Positions 1 through 13,514 of a DNA stretch of 64,000 bases are shown here, in pieces. Within the stretch, counting starts at the first letter, position 1; each line of letters starts with the position of its first letter. The stretch spans positions 1,550,001 to 1,614,000 of the forward strand of contig OX597821.1 in assembly GCA_951406725.2 (NCBI GenBank), read 5' to 3'. The DNA is from Octopus vulgaris (taxonomy: Eukaryota). The notes below the pieces were generated by a model that worked only from the letters and a program-made list of their open reading frames with translations, was not told the DNA's origin and made no database searches. A program made the position numbers and the translations under genes.

Positions 1-111
1 CTGTGAAGGAGAGAGGAAAAATTGGAGATGAGAGAAGTGAGAAAAAAACAAGAGGGGGAGATACATACACATGATAAAAATGCATATATGGACCTATATG
101 TATATGTACTC

Positions 112-143
<32 letters not shown>

Positions 144-179
144 ATATGTGTGTGTAGAATAATAGGCCGTATTCGCACC

Positions 180-600
180 AGTATCACAAACACTACCTTC
201 ACCAACACCATCACAAACAATACTGACGAGATAAATACTACCACCATAACCACACCCTCACTACCACAACAACGAAAAACCATTATAAAAAGAATAACAA
301 AATCATCGCCACCACTGCCAAGCAACAATGGCATGACACTTATAATTGAATAACACCGTCACCATTTCAACCAGCACCACGACCGCTATCACCATCACCA
401 ACAACAACGGCAACATTACCACCACCACAACCACCAAGAACAACAACAACAACAACATTACTACCACCACCACCACCGCAGCAGCCGCCACCACAGTACT
501 AAATCGACATCATGATCACTACTACTACTGCCTCCGCTACCTCTGCTACCACTACTACCCCCCACCAATGGCCATGAAAACTATACCAGCAACAATGGTT
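180..600. repeat. Degenerate (ACC/AAC)n low-complexity tract
   Basis: Runs of accacc/aacaac; explains the Thr/Asn/Val-rich ORFs in the track. Confidence 0.85.
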
Positions 601-873
601 TAAATAGCAGCTAAATCTCCCTTAAATTACATTCGACAATCTTATACAAAAACAGGACTCCTAAGAAAATATATGCCAACAGAACCCTAGAAGGAGTAAG
701 TTGGTCAAGACGGCCGGAATCCCTTTTATCAAAGAGACTCCGATACTGATTGCTACCCTGCTGCCACCACACACACTTACCCGATGCCACCGCGTACCCA
801 ACACCCCAACACTAATTTCACATGCTACGAATAGTGGGTAAAACTCTATGAGATTATACCTTACCATCTAAGT

Positions 874-1090
874 CAATGGTTCTCAATTAGGGTCTTTATG
901 ACCATTGGGGTCAATATAGGATTTTATTGTAGGCGACGGAGTGTGTGTATGGTAAGAAGCTTGCTTCACAACCACATGGTTCCGAGTTCCGTCCCACTGC
1001 GTGGCACCTTGGGCAAGTGTCTTCTACTCAGGCCGACCAAAGCCTTGTGAGTGGATTTGGTAGACGGAAACCGAAAGAAGCTTGCCGTAT

Positions 1091-1175
<85 letters not shown>

Positions 1176-1496
1176 TATGCTTGTGTTTATGTCTGTATTT
1201 GTTCTACCATAGCTTGACAACTGATGTTGGTATATTTGCGACCCCGTAACTTAGCGGTTGGGCGTAAGAGTCCGATAGAACAAGCACCAAGCTTACAAAG
1301 AATAAGTCCACTGTCCGATTTCTTCGACTAAAAGGCGGTGCTCCAGCATGGCTACAGTCAAAATGACTGAAACAAGTAAAAGTATAAAAGAATTAGAAAT
1401 ATAATGGGATTTTTTCCAACATGGAATAGCTTTAGAGCTCCTGTAGAGCAAAGTAGGAAAGAAAAGGGTCCATAGGTAAAATATTTAAGACCACTG
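874..1496 (+). mobile_element. hAT (Charlie/MER5-type) MITE with a SINE-A nested inside
   Basis: Left end caatggttctcaa and right end ttaagaccactg match the CAGTGGTTCTCAA-type TIR; a related 5' end occurs at 8132. Confidence 0.55.
930..1390 (+). mobile_element. SINE family A (tRNA-like head, CORE-like ccttgggcaagt segment, internal microsatellite, 3' end ...gactgaaacaagtaaaag)
   Basis: Same bipartite sequence recurs more than 12 times in the window; A-box-like tggtaag and B-box-like gagttccgtccc. Confidence 0.85.
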
Positions 1497-2741
1497 GTCA
1501 AATTAAGGGACATATTGAAAAATTTGTTCTTGTGTTACATGTACATAAGAAAAGGGACAGGATGGTCACGTTTGGAAAGGTTTTAAATGTAGATTTCGAT
1601 TATCAGGGCTGACCCGGGACTGGAACAATCTCCACCACGACTACCACGACCACCACCACCCTAACTACAACGACACCATTACGGCCATAACCATCAACAA
1701 CCACAGGAGTTGGGGGGAAGACGGTACACTGGGTGCTATATTCCTAGAAACACTATGTCAAGTAAAAAGACGTGTGAAACAAAAGAATAAAGAACTGTAA
1801 CGAACCCCTCTCCCGCTCACTCGCACGAAAATACAATATTGAAATCTAAAAGATCGGTAACCATTTTGTTTTGTTTTCTTCATTATTATTATTATTTTTT
1901 TGTTCTCTCTCATTTCCTCATACGTCTGAGAATGGAATCAATACTTCCATATCTTCAAAAACTTCTGTACGTTCTTTCTTGCTATTTTTTTACTGTTTCT
2001 CATTTTGCTCTCATTTCTTTTTCTTTTACGTTCTATTCTTATATTATTTTTTTGACTCTTTCTTTGTGTGTGTGTTTTTTTTTGTGTGTGTTCTCTTTTT
2101 ATTCCTTTCCAAGCTCTACATTATTTTCAAAGGTGTCAATGCAATCAAAGTGAGTGTTGCTGAATTGTTTAATTTCTGTTTTCAATCCAGTCACGTTTCT
2201 ATTACAACACACGTACTGACCTCTCTGACAGGTCCTCTGTGTCAATCAGTGAAGCAGAAAAAAATATCTAACACCTTACTATATTGTTACTTTCTTTTCA
2301 TATCACAAATTTCCTATTCCAGTTATTTTTTTATATTTCTGGCTGCACAATATATTCACCCTCACACAATCACATACGCTATTAGCCCCACTTCATTTTC
2401 TCCGTACATTTCCAGTATACATTCCGTTCTCTCTCATTCTCATTTTCGTTTTTGCTATATTCTTTCTGAATATATTTGCCACACACTTTTTATTTATTTT
2501 CTTTCTTCGTTAATCTGAAGTTTTCTCTCATTTTATTTCAGTCCTGAATTCCTACTCTAATGCTTTTATACTCTGTTAAATCATTTTAATCTCCCTATAA
2601 GTCTGTCATTCACCTTTTCCAATTCTCTTCGCAAAGCATTTCTATCTTAAAAGATTTTTCTCCATTTCTCCTATTTGTTTTTCTGTCTATCGCATTGTCT
2701 GGGCGTCATTCTCTCTAAACTTTCACTACATTGTCCCTCTG

Positions 2742-2810
<69 letters not shown>

Positions 2811-2818
2811 ATATATAT

Positions 2819-3051
2819 TAAAGGCGGCGAGCTGGTAGAAACGTTGGCATGCCGGGCGAAATTCTTAGCCGTATTTCGTCTGTCGTTACGTTCCGAGTTC
2901 AAATTCCGCCGAGGTCGACTTTGCCTTTCATCCTTTCGGGGTCGATAAATTAAGTACCAGTTACGCACTGGGGTCGATGTAGTCGACTTAATCCCTCTGT
3001 CTGTCCTTGTTTGTCCCCTCTGTGTTTAGCCCCTTGTGGGTAGTAAAGAAA
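2819..3051 (+). mobile_element. SINE family B (tRNA-like head plus Meta/LF-SINE-like core gcctttcatcctttcggggtcgataaattaagtaccag)
   Basis: Full copy from taaggcggcgagctgg to gggtagtaaagaaat; B-box gagttcaaattcc; many copies in the window. Confidence 0.85.
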
Positions 3052-3177
3052 TATATATATATTTTAAGGCGTCGCGCTGGCAGAATCTTTAGCACACCGG
3101 ACAGAAGGGTGAGCGGTATTTATACAGATATACATGCACACACATACACAGGCTCCCCCCACACATGCACACACATG

Positions 3178-3223
<46 letters not shown>

Positions 3224-3295
3224 CGTGTGTGTGTGTGTGTGTGCGTGTGTGTGTATGTATATATTTATAGATGTATACACACACGCACACACAAA

Positions 3296-3370
<75 letters not shown>

Positions 3371-3382
3371 GTATATATATTT

Positions 3383-3595
3383 TAAGGTGGTGAGCTGGCA
3401 GAACCATTAGCAGACCGGACGGAAGGCTGAGCGGTATTTTGTCCGTCATTACATTCTGACATCAAGTTCCGCCATAGTCGATTTTGGCTTTCATCCTTTA
3501 GTGGTCGATAAATCAAGTACCAATCAAGCATTGGGGTCAATGTTATCAGCTGACCACCTACTCCAAATTTTCAGGGATTTTGCCTTCAGTAGAGT
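3383..3595 (+). mobile_element. SINE family B, diverged copy
   Basis: Colinear with 2819-3051, with the alternative 3' tail. Confidence 0.7.
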
Positions 3596-3653
3596 TTCGT
3601 GCATTGGCACTTATGAAACAGATTTCAAATAATGAGTATTACATTTGTGTAGG

Positions 3654-3926
3654 TGGAGGTATTTGGTCTAGTGGTTAGAGCAGTGGTCCCGTGGTTGATG
3701 GATCGCGGGTTCGAATCTCAGACCGGATGATATGTGTGTTTATGAGCGAAACACCTAAGCTCCACGCGGCTCCGGCAGAAGGGAATGGCGAACTTCTGCT
3801 GACTCTTTTGCTACAACTTTCTCTCCTTCCTCTTGCATCTTGCAGCTCACCTGCGACGGACCGGCGTCCAGGCCAAGGAAACCGGCCCTTATTAGTCAGG
3901 CGTGGCTCGAGAAGGAACAAACAACA
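3654..3926 (+). mobile_element. SINE family C (tRNA-derived head)
   Basis: A box tggtctagtggttagagc, B box gggttcgaatctc; homologous copies at 51534 and 61425. Confidence 0.85.
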
Positions 3927-4262
3927 TCAACATTTGAGTAGATCGGTTAAAATGATAATTATTAGATACAAATATTAAATGTTATTCATTTATCGTTTTA
4001 ACCGGCCTATATTAATGCAATCAATAATTTGAAAGCAGTTTGATAAGTACAAAGTGACGAAACTCCTGACCCTCGAATCACTCAGTAACTTTTACCAATC
4101 AATAATGATTTCAAATTTTGACACAAGGTCAATAAGTTCGGTGTAGGGTTAAGTCGATTAGATCGACACCGAAAGGATGAAAGGAAATGTCGATCTCAGC
4201 GGAATTTGGGGCTTTGGGGAATTTGCCGATTGGTAATAAATATATAAATATATTACTCCTAA

Positions 4263-4483
4263 CCCTCTTTTACTTGTTTCTGTCATTTGACTGTGGCCAT
4301 GCTGGAGCACCACCTTTAGTCGAGCAAATCGATCCCAGGTCTTATTCTTTGTAAGCCTAGTAATTATTCTATCTGTCTCTTTTGCCGAACCGCTAAGTTA
4401 CGGGGACGTAAACACACACGCATCGGTTGTCAAGCGATGTTGGGGGTAGGGACAAACACAGACACACAAACATATACACACCT

Positions 4484-4515
<32 letters not shown>

Positions 4516-4690
4516 GTATACATACATATATACGACGGGCTTCTTTCAGTTTCCGTCTACCAAACACACTCACAAGACTTTGGTCAGCTCAAGGCTATAG
4601 TAGAAGACACTTGTACAAGTTTCCACGCAGTGGGACTGAACCTGGAACCTTGAAGTTCGTAAGCAAGCTACTTATCACACAGCTACTCCT
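4263..4690 (-). mobile_element. SINE family A
   Basis: Reverse complement of 22775-23167, including the internal microsatellite. Confidence 0.85.
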
Positions 4691-5579
4691 ACTTACATTC
4701 ATGTGTCTGTATTTTTCTGTTTGTGTGTGTGTTTGTATATGTGTGTGTTCACTCTACTTACAAATAACCACCGTTTATCCTCACCGTCTGTCGCTTTCAC
4801 TATCATTCATAGAATTTTTCTTTCGCTTGTTTCAATTTGTTATTCACACTGATTTCTCTTTCTTTTACCCAATCTATCTTTTGTCTCTCACAACCTACTT
4901 TTTCGTATACCCTTTCCCTCACGTTCACCGATACTTCTGTGTCTGCTGCTCCTTTCAGTAAAAATATTGTTTACCGAACTCCCGCGGAAACAGACGCAAC
5001 GAACCGGCCTCTGCACATTACTATCTCTACCTTGTCACTCAAGATCTATGCTAATAAACTTTACCTTCTCCCCTCCTTTATGATAATTCCAACCTTCCGC
5101 AATTCCCACTCGGACTATATTTTCTCCTGAGAAATAAGAATAAAAAAAATTTCATGCTATACATCAACCACATTGTCCTATCTAGGGAGGACCGAAAATC
5201 CCAGCAGTACTGGCCTACTTCCTCAGACAAACTAATAAAAATAATTCTAACACCCAACCCTGCTTTGTTTTATCACTAAAAATAAAAATCTTAATCACAA
5301 TTTTTCTTCAGCTGAATGTTATTTTCTTTCATCTCATTCGCTTTTCATCAACTGATGACCTTCTTTCTTATTCTTTCACTCTCTGTTTGCAATTTATTTT
5401 CCTTGTTATACATTTTCATATCATCGTTTTTCTTTTACTGTTCTATCCATATTCCTACACTCTCTACCATTGTAATATTGATGTCCTTTCTCTTTTCATT
5501 TACAATCTACTCTTATCTCTTTTAATACTTTTTGTCTCTCAGTTCCTTTTATAGCAATACATATAATTATCAGTCTTAC

Positions 5580-5960
5580 GTATCATCGAGCAAACACAGA
5601 CAGGCCCGCTGACATATACATATATTCTGGCCCGGCTCTCCGTCGTCGGCGGCGACGACGTTGATGGTTCCAGTTAATCAGATCAACGGAACAGCCTGCT
5701 CGTGAAATTAGCAGGCAAGTAGCTGAGTGTAATCCTCCCGTAGTTCTCAGGAAGATCCAGTGTGACATAGAGTGTGACAACGCTGGCCCTTTGAAATACA
5801 GGTACAAGAGAAACAGGCACAATCCCTTTTTGCCAGTTGAATGGAATGGAGTAACGAGAAATAAAGCGTCTTGTTCAAGGACAGAACGCGATGTCGGGAA
5901 TCAGACTTCCCGCCTTACGAACATGAGCCAAAGATTCTCGCTAATAAGCCACGCATCTTC
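5580..5960 (-). mobile_element. SINE family D variant (tRNA head, V/CORE-like segment)
   Basis: Shares gatcaacggaacagcctgctcgtgaa with 54290-54630 and, in reverse, 11182-11475. Confidence 0.65.
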
Positions 5961-6064
5961 TCTCATATTATTTACCTGTAAATTAACGTGAAACAACTTG
6001 TTTAGTGATACGCACGAATCTCTCGCGCTTTTGGTTACTTATATAGCTCTACAGTTAAATAACT

Positions 6065-6435
6065 GTTTCTAATTTTGGCGCAAGTCTAGCAAATTTGCTG
6101 AAAGTGAGTAAGACTATTAAATCGATCCAAGTACTTGAGAGGTACTATATTTTACAGGTCCTGAAAGGATTAAATGCAAAGATGACTACGGAGGGATTTG
6201 AACTCAGAACTTCAAGAGCAGATAGAAATTCCACCACTTTGTTTTTGACAGCACGCTATCGATTGTGCCAGCTTCTTGCTTTAATAACAGTGATTTCAAT
6301 TTTTTGGCGCAAGGCCAGCAATTTTGCTGGGATGGACTAAGTCAATTACATCGACCACAGTGTTCAAATGTTTTATCAACCCCGGAAGGATGAATGGCGA
6401 CATTTGAACTCAGAACGTGCAGACGAACTAAATGG
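6065..6435 (-). mobile_element. Two diverged SINE-B fragments
   Basis: atttgaactcagaac and gaa(a)gga core occur twice. Confidence 0.6.
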
Positions 6436-6466
6436 TGCTAGAAGTTCAGTTTTGTTTTCATACGCA

Positions 6467-6565
<99 letters not shown>

Positions 6566-6625
6566 ACGTACGTACATGTGCATGTATGTATGTATGTATG
6601 TATGTATGTATGTATGTATGTATGT

Positions 6626-7175
6626 CAGGTCACTTTCGAGTGCTACTGGTAACATGTAACCCAGCACAACCTGTTGCATGGTCGGGTCATCGGCGACTAA
6701 ACCGGCAACCCCACCAAGCTTGCTTGGTGAGGAGCGTGTTTATTGGACACCCTGCGGGATGAAAAACAAACCCGTCAAAGGGCGGAGGAACTCCTGAGAG
6801 TCAACGGCCATCCAATAAATGTCTTAAGGCTGTATCATGTGCGGGGACATAGAAATAATCGCACTGAGTACTCGATCGCGCGGTTAAACCACTGGGAGTA
6901 AAAGACTCCTAGCCTTCGTTAGGGAAGCCTTCTAGGAGAAGGTAACTCAGGTAACTGGGATAACTCCGACATAAAACTGCGGCTCAGTGGTTACCGATGA
7001 TGTTGACTTGTTCTTCTTTTCGGATTATGGCTGCTGTTGCTTAGTGATTGGGATTGACTCAGTGGGATTGACTCCTCACTTTAAAAAAGATCTTCTTGCA
7101 CAGGCATTGCATGATAACAACATTGATTAAGCTTCGTGCAATGGCTATACTCGATAACGAGGGGGCAGCCACCAT
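6626..7175 (+). mobile_element. RTE-like non-autonomous retroelement (RTE-type 5' UTR segment plus 3' end with (ATGT)n tail)
   Basis: ctaggagaaggtaactc resembles the RTE/Rex 5' UTR motif; the 3' part (7040-7175) is homologous to 47535-47780 and both end in (ATGT)n. Confidence 0.5.
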
Positions 7176-7484
7176 GTATGTATGTATGTATGTATGTATG
7201 TATGTATGTATGTATGTGTACGTATGTATGTATGGATGGATGGATGGATGGATGTATGTACGTATGTATGTATGTATGTATGCATACATGTATGTATGTA
7301 TGTTTGTATGTATGTATGTATGTATGTATGTACGTATGTATGTATGTATGGATGGATGGATGGATGTATGTACGTATGTATGTATGTATGCATGCATACA
7401 TGTATGTATGTATGTTTGTATGTATGTATGTATGTATTATGTATGTATGTATGTATGGATGGATGGATGGATGGATGGATGTAG
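7173..7484. repeat. (ATGT/ATGG)n compound microsatellite with higher-order repetition
   Basis: Seen directly. Confidence 0.9.
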
Positions 7485-8131
7485 GTAAGTACGTATATTT
7501 ATATATATTACGGTGCAACATTTTCAGTCGCGATTGCGCAACAGTTTCAATAGCGCATACTTATATCATTTTCAATCTGTACATTCATACATTAATTTCA
7601 TAACACTTTGTTATTGTCAAGCAAGTGGCTGATCAGCACTATAAAGACAACACACTTAAAAATGTAAAGTAACAAGAAACATAATATTTGTCAAAAAAAA
7701 GCATATTTATATATATCATTTTTTTACTTAAACGTAGCATAACAAATGCAGATATGTAGAATGACAATAAAAAATATACACATGTGCACACACAGAGTTA
7801 TACTTGGAATCACAAAATTATACATGTTTATGATTAAGTTCTTGTCATGGTTTGCTTTTAGCGAGATTTCCCAAGATTCGCATTCAGCCATACTGAGATT
7901 TAAACAATCGGCATCTCGAAATATTTCTACAAATATTTTGTAGCTCGAGTTTAAAGTTTAAATAGTTATGCCAACTACTTCAGTGTCTTAACTGTCCAAC
8001 TTAAATATGTCATACACACTGCTTGGAAGAATATTTGTATCCCTGTCATAGTGTTTTACTATAATATAATACAGATTAATCATTAGAAGTGGAAATTTCC
8101 ATGTATTTTACCGCCTAACTATCGGTTAGAA

Positions 8132-8242
8132 CAATGGTTCTCAAGTGGGGTCCGTATAAGATTTTATTGTAAAATTGTAAAATTTATCTACAATTAATTA
8201 GTTATACTTCTAAAATACGCGAAATATTTCAACAATTTTTTT
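8132..8242 (+). mobile_element. hAT MITE 5' fragment (same family as 874)
   Basis: caatggttctcaa...ggggtc...gattttattgt shared with 874-930. Confidence 0.5.
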
Positions 8243-8247
8243 TATGT

Positions 8248-8492
8248 GGTAAGGAGCTTGCTTACGAACCACATGGTTCCGGGTTCAGTTCCACTGCGTG
8301 GCAACTTGGGCAAGTGTCTTTTACTATAGCTTCGGGCCGACCAAAGCCTTGTGAGTGAATTTGGTAGACGGAAACTGAAAGAAGCCCGTTGTATATATGT
8401 ATACATATATGTATGTGTGTATATGTTTGTGTGTCGGTGTTTGTCCCCCAACATCGCTTGACAACCGATGCTGGTGTGTTTACGTCCTCGTG
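8248..8492 (+). mobile_element. SINE family A, 3'-truncated at the transposon fragment
   Basis: Head and first half of the 3' module are present, then an abrupt switch to transposase sequence. Confidence 0.8.
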
Positions 8493-9576
8493 ACCCACCC
8501 CACCTCTTTCCTATTGCACACTCCGTTCATCTTCATAAATCATATGAGAATATGGAACTTTTACTTCATGCCACTACCTACGAAAGATACTCATGGAAAA
8601 TATATGGAGATTTAAAAGTCATTGGAATGTTAATGGGAATGCAGTCAGCTTTCACAAAATACTGTTGTTTCTTGTGTGGGACTATGGGACAGTGGGGGAA
8701 CTGACAGACGTTATTCGGAATTAAACTGGCAGACAAGAACATCATAGCAGCCAGGACTGTCTAGCGTCAAGAATACGTCTCTTGTAGATCCATGTAATCT
8801 TCTATTGCCTCATGTGCACATAAAGCTTTGATTGATGGTTTCATCAGTTTGCAAAGACACTAGGGAAGAGAAATGCCGGAGGGTTTGAGTATATTGTAGA
8901 AAAGGTTCCCAAAATCCCACTGTTGAAAGAGGGTATCTTTGTCGGACCCCAAATTAGAGAAGTACTCAAAGATGTCAACTTCAGGACAACACTGGATGAA
9001 TTGGAACTGCCTGCCTGGAATGCTTTCAATTGGATCTGTGAGAATTTCTTGGGCAACAAGAAGGCATTGGACTACAAGGATGACATGTCATTGAAAGTTC
9101 ACTTCTTGGATGCCCATCTGGATTTCCTCGCAGATAACCTTGGAGCAGTGTCTGATGAACATGGTGAAAGATTTCACCAGGACATTAGAGCTATGGAGAA
9201 ACTATACCAAGGCTTCGAGAATGACAGTATGCTGGCTGACTACTGCTGGACACTTTACCGTGATCAACCAGATTAGGAACACCACAGGAAATCCAAATCA
9301 CAATGTTTCTAACTCTGCTATACAAACTTTGCTTTGTCGCACAAATATTTCTGTGTATTCACTTTTTGTAGAATGATGATTTTTAAGTGAATAAATTCAT
9401 TTACTCTATAAATGCTTTCATATATATAAATATTTAAATATTTGCTTGTATCTACTGAAAAACTAAGACGAGCTGCATACAAATGGAGTAAAATTTTGAA
9501 ATCAGCGAGAAATTAGTCTAAAAAAGTTGGTTTGCATTCATAATGAGTATAATACATTTAATTTCGTTGACCAGTG
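8493..9576 (+). pseudogene. Chapaev3-like (CMC group) DNA transposon: decayed transposase 3' half and right end
   Basis: Motifs WKIYGDLKVIGMLMGMQSAFTKYCCFLC, LKEGIFVGPQIR, MSLKVHFLDAHLDF and NLGAVSDEHGERFHQDI across frameshifts; terminus ...ttgaccagtg fits CACTG..CAGTG ends. Superfamily call is from memory of the motifs. Confidence 0.75.
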
Positions 9577-9784
9577 CAATTTAATCGATGAAATTCACTG
9601 CAGTACTTACTATCGAAATCTGGGACCTGTTCACTCGGTTTCCATTACGGAGACGAATAGAAACGTTTGTTTCGCAGGGAACCATACACACATGTGTGTG
9701 TGTGTGTTTGTTTATATATATATATATATATATATGTCATATATTCATATATATTATATATATATATATACATATATATAACAT

Positions 9785-9911
9785 AAGGGACTAAAGCCAT
9801 CTGAATATGGCTAGGGACAGGGCAGGGTGGTGGGGGTGTTACTGTTGCATTTAGCCCCAGGCGAACATCGACGTCACCAGAAAGGCCCGACACCGTCACG
9901 GTGTCCTTTAA

Positions 9912-9912
<1 letters not shown>
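9785..9912 (-). mobile_element. Short retroposon 3' tail fragment between (TA)n tracts
   Basis: Minus strand gatgttcgcctggggctaaatgcaac resembles gatgtctcctggggctaaattacatc at ~25928. Confidence 0.35.
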
Positions 9913-9970
<58 letters not shown>

Positions 9971-9976
9971 CATATA

Positions 9977-10037
<61 letters not shown>

Positions 10038-10040
10038 GCA

Positions 10041-10378
10041 GAGACCCCCTTCGGTCATGACTGACCAGGGATTGCACCTACAATGTTACCCTCCCAGGCA
10101 GAAGTCCGGGCAAGGTTGTTTATGAAAGACCAGCAGTCGCCCATGCATACCAGCCTCCCCCTCTCCACGCCACCAGTGTTATCCAAGAGAAAGGCAAAGG
10201 CCAATACAGCTTGGCACCAGTGATGTTGCAACTCATTTCTACAGCTGAGTTAACTGGAGCTACGTGAAATAAAGAGTCTTGCTCAAGAACACAACACCCA
10301 GCAGCCCAGTCCGGGATTCGAACTCACAACCTCACGATCGTAAGCTCGACGCTCTCACCACTGAACCATACGCCTTCA
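10041..10378 (-). mobile_element. SINE family D
   Basis: Reverse complement of 22130-22455; tRNA head with A/B boxes at 10310-10375. Confidence 0.85.
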
Positions 10379-10384
10379 CATATG

Positions 10385-10455
<71 letters not shown>

Positions 10456-10794
10456 GTGTGTATACATGTATATATATATATAACTGGTTTCTAGACAATT
10501 TTCGTCTTCTAAGTTTGGTCACATGCTATTGGTCAGCTCGGTGTTATAGTAGAATACAATCACCTACAAAGTGCCGCACGGTGAGACGAAACCCGAAACC
10601 ATATCATTGCGTTGTAAACCTCCCGTCCACACGTTCGAGCCTGCGTCTATAGCCTATTATGATATACCATGGAATATTCAATATATACTTGTAGATTTTT
10701 GTAAAGTCACTGTGTAACTTGATACAAATGATTTAAATACATGTCGACAAGAGTGAGAGAGAACGAGTGGGAGAGAGAGAAAGAGAGAAAGAGA

Positions 10795-10842
<48 letters not shown>

Positions 10843-10902
10843 GTGGGATTAGATTAATTTCAATGTTCGTTAAAATTTAATCAGTAGCTAATTTCCCTCA
10901 TT

Positions 10903-11130
10903 TTTAACTCTTCTGTTACCATATTTCTGTTGAAATACGCTGTTTGCTTCAATCGAATTTTAAAATAATGAAACATTTAGCGAAATACCTTCGCCCTTAC
11001 TAAGCTGATGTCTGCAAAATAAATTAACATGAAATTTTGCTGGAAGGTTTTAATTTCGGCCACTTTAAAACCGGAAGCTTGTATAATAGAAGCAATGGCG
11101 GTCTTAAGCAGGCTGGTATCCTAAATTTTA
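10903..11130. mobile_element. Possible piggyBac-type MITE
   Basis: Starts ttaactcttctgttacc; degenerate inverted end ggtatcctaaatttta. Confidence 0.35.
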
Positions 11131-11181
11131 TCTGTCCACCATACTAATGTATTCTGTATTTTATCGGCTACGTACATTAGA

Positions 11182-11475
11182 GAAGGCGCGTGGCTTAGTG
11201 ATTTCGGTATTCGGCTCAGTATCATAAGGTCGTGAGTTCAATTTCCACCGGCTGTGTGTTGTGACCTTGAGCAAGTCATTTTATTTCACGTTGCTTTTCC
11301 AGTCCATTCAGCAGGCAAAGATGAGTAGTACATGTATTTCAAAGGGTCAGCCTTGCTACATTCAATGTCACTCTGCATCTCCCTCACAACTTCGTGAACT
11401 ACGCGAACGGTACGCGTATTTGTGGATCGGATCAGCTGAAATCCTTCTGGTCGTAGCCGACGGAGAGCCAGTTGT
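11182..11475 (+). mobile_element. SINE family D variant
   Basis: gaaggcgcgtggcttagtg head, gagttcaattt B box, gtgaccttgagcaagtca CORE-like segment. Confidence 0.7.
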
Positions 11476-11964
11476 GGTACATTGAAGACGTATTCCTAGT
11501 AATTATTTTCGAGTAAATAAATGTATATCATTGAATTAATTAACGTACCAATAGGCAATTAATTATATAACTGTACCAGACTGAACTATTATTTAATTAA
11601 ATTTGCTGTAAGAAATAAATAATATTAGTCAATGGTAAATATTAATTTGATTATTTCGAATAATATTATTAATATTAGTTTAGTAGTATATTCTTAAACT
11701 ACTCAACGCATCTAATTCGATTAATGAAGGACATAGCAAAAGAGATGCATAATTAAAATCATTGTAATCCTGAACATTCGCCTTCGTTTTCTTTACTATA
11801 TCTCTAGGAGTACGTTAGGTGATGGGTTTTACCAAGATTTGAGAGATGTTTGACTGTTATTTCTAGCTGGACGTCTGTGAACGAATGCATTGAAACACAA
11901 TAGATTAACGTTCAATGTTAATCTGAGTATGTTATAGTACTGATTATATAACTTTATTTTATAT

Positions 11965-12480
11965 ATTTCGTATGTCTTTACTCTCTGAGTTCAAATTCCG
12001 CCAAGGTCGACTTTGCATTTCATCTTTTCAGGGTCGATAAATTAAGTACCAGTTGCGTACTGGGGTCGATCTAATCAACTGCCCCCCTTCTCCAAAAATT
12101 TCGGGCCTTGTACCTAGTGTAGAAAGAATCGTTAACACGCCGGGCAAAATGCTTGGCGGCATTTCGTCTGTCGACTTTGCCTTTCATCCTTTCGGGGTCG
12201 ATTAAATAAGTACCAGTTACGCATTGGGGTCGGTATAATCGACTTAATCCGTTTGTCTGTCCTTGTTTGTCCCCTCTATGCTTAGTCCCTTGTGGGTAGT
12301 AATGAAATAGGTATTTCGTCTGTCTTTACGCCCTGAGTTGAAATTCCGCCGAGGTCGACTTTACCTTTCATCCTTTAGGGGTCGATAAGACAAGTACCAG
12401 TTGGACACTGTAGGTTGATGTAATCGACTCGTTCCCCATCCCTCGAAATCGCTTCTCTTGTGGCAAAATTTGAAACCATT
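11965..12480 (+). mobile_element. SINE family B multimer (about three core units)
   Basis: gtcgactttgc..ttcatc core repeated at ~12006, 12170 and 12354. Confidence 0.8.
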
Positions 12481-12732
12481 ATTTTGCACGATGATCTTGA
12501 GAAAAAACGGAGTAAGCAAATCCAGCGGACAATGACTCCTTTAATTGACTCCTTTAAAGCAGGAATGCTTTGTTCCCTTTGGCACTGCTAACAGCAACGC
12601 TTGGTGCAAGAATACCACAAAGCTGATAAGCAGATGACATCAATCGTTTGGCCCCTGATTCTCACGTGTTCCTCCGCTTTGACGGGTCTTGTTTTTCATA
12701 CTGCAGCTTGTCGAATGGTTACTTTTTTTAAA

Positions 12733-12962
12733 TTTCTTTATTGCTCACAAGGGGCTAAATATGGAGAGGAATAAGGACAGATAAACGGATTAAGTCGATT
12801 ACATCGATCCCAGTGCGTAACTGGTACTTAATTTATCGCCCCCGAAAGGATGAAAGGCAAAGTCGACCTCGGCGGAATTTGAACTCAGAACATAACGGCA
12901 GATGAAATACGGCTACACATTTCGCCCGGCGTACTAACGTTTCTGCCAGCTCGCCGCCTTAA
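12733..12962 (-). mobile_element. SINE family B with TSD
   Basis: Full copy flanked by gtcgaatg(g/a)ttac at 12710-12722 and 12965-12977. Confidence 0.85.
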
Positions 12963-13244
12963 TCGTCGAATGATTACCTTACTAACCAGTCAATCGGTTT
13001 TTGTCGCAGATGATGGGGTGGGGAGATAGGGGGAGCAGGAGCACATGGGATTCGAGAGAGAGGGGATAGGAAGGGGAGGCGGATAAAGTTTTCATAAATA
13101 ACCCAATAAATCTACCATTAATTCTATGAAATATTCACGGGTCCTGCTAGTAAATGAAATATTGTGCGTAACGCAAACATTATCGGGTATAGAAGTCAAT
13201 ACCCTTGGTAGAGTGGACAGACTATCTAAGGGTGAACTCGTATG

Positions 13245-13460
13245 CGTTTCAAATTTTGGCCCAAGGCCAGCAGTTTTAGAGATGGGGAAAATCGAATAGA
13301 TCAACCATTATGCTAAACCGGTACTTATTTTATCGATTCCGAAAGGATGAATGGGAAAATCGAACCCGATGGGAATTGAACTCGTAACGTAAAGTAAAGC
13401 CTGAAAAAATGGCGCTAATCGTATTATCCGGCCGGGCAACAGTTCTGCCGGGTTTCGTCC
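13245..13460 (-). mobile_element. SINE family B, diverged
   Basis: Core ccgaaaggatgaa...ttgaactc present. Confidence 0.65.
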
Positions 13461-13514
13461 CTCATGAGGGAACCCATATTAAAATGTCAACTTTGATATA
13501 ATGAACATACATGC

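Noticed and set aside
3654-3725. tRNA-like sequences here and at 10310, 22130, 51534, 61660
   Set aside because: They are SINE heads continuing into repeat bodies; no clean cloverleaf or terminator.
11965-12480. Regularly spaced repeats resembling a CRISPR-like array
   Set aside because: Units are SINE-B multimers with homologous, not unique, spacers, in eukaryotic DNA.
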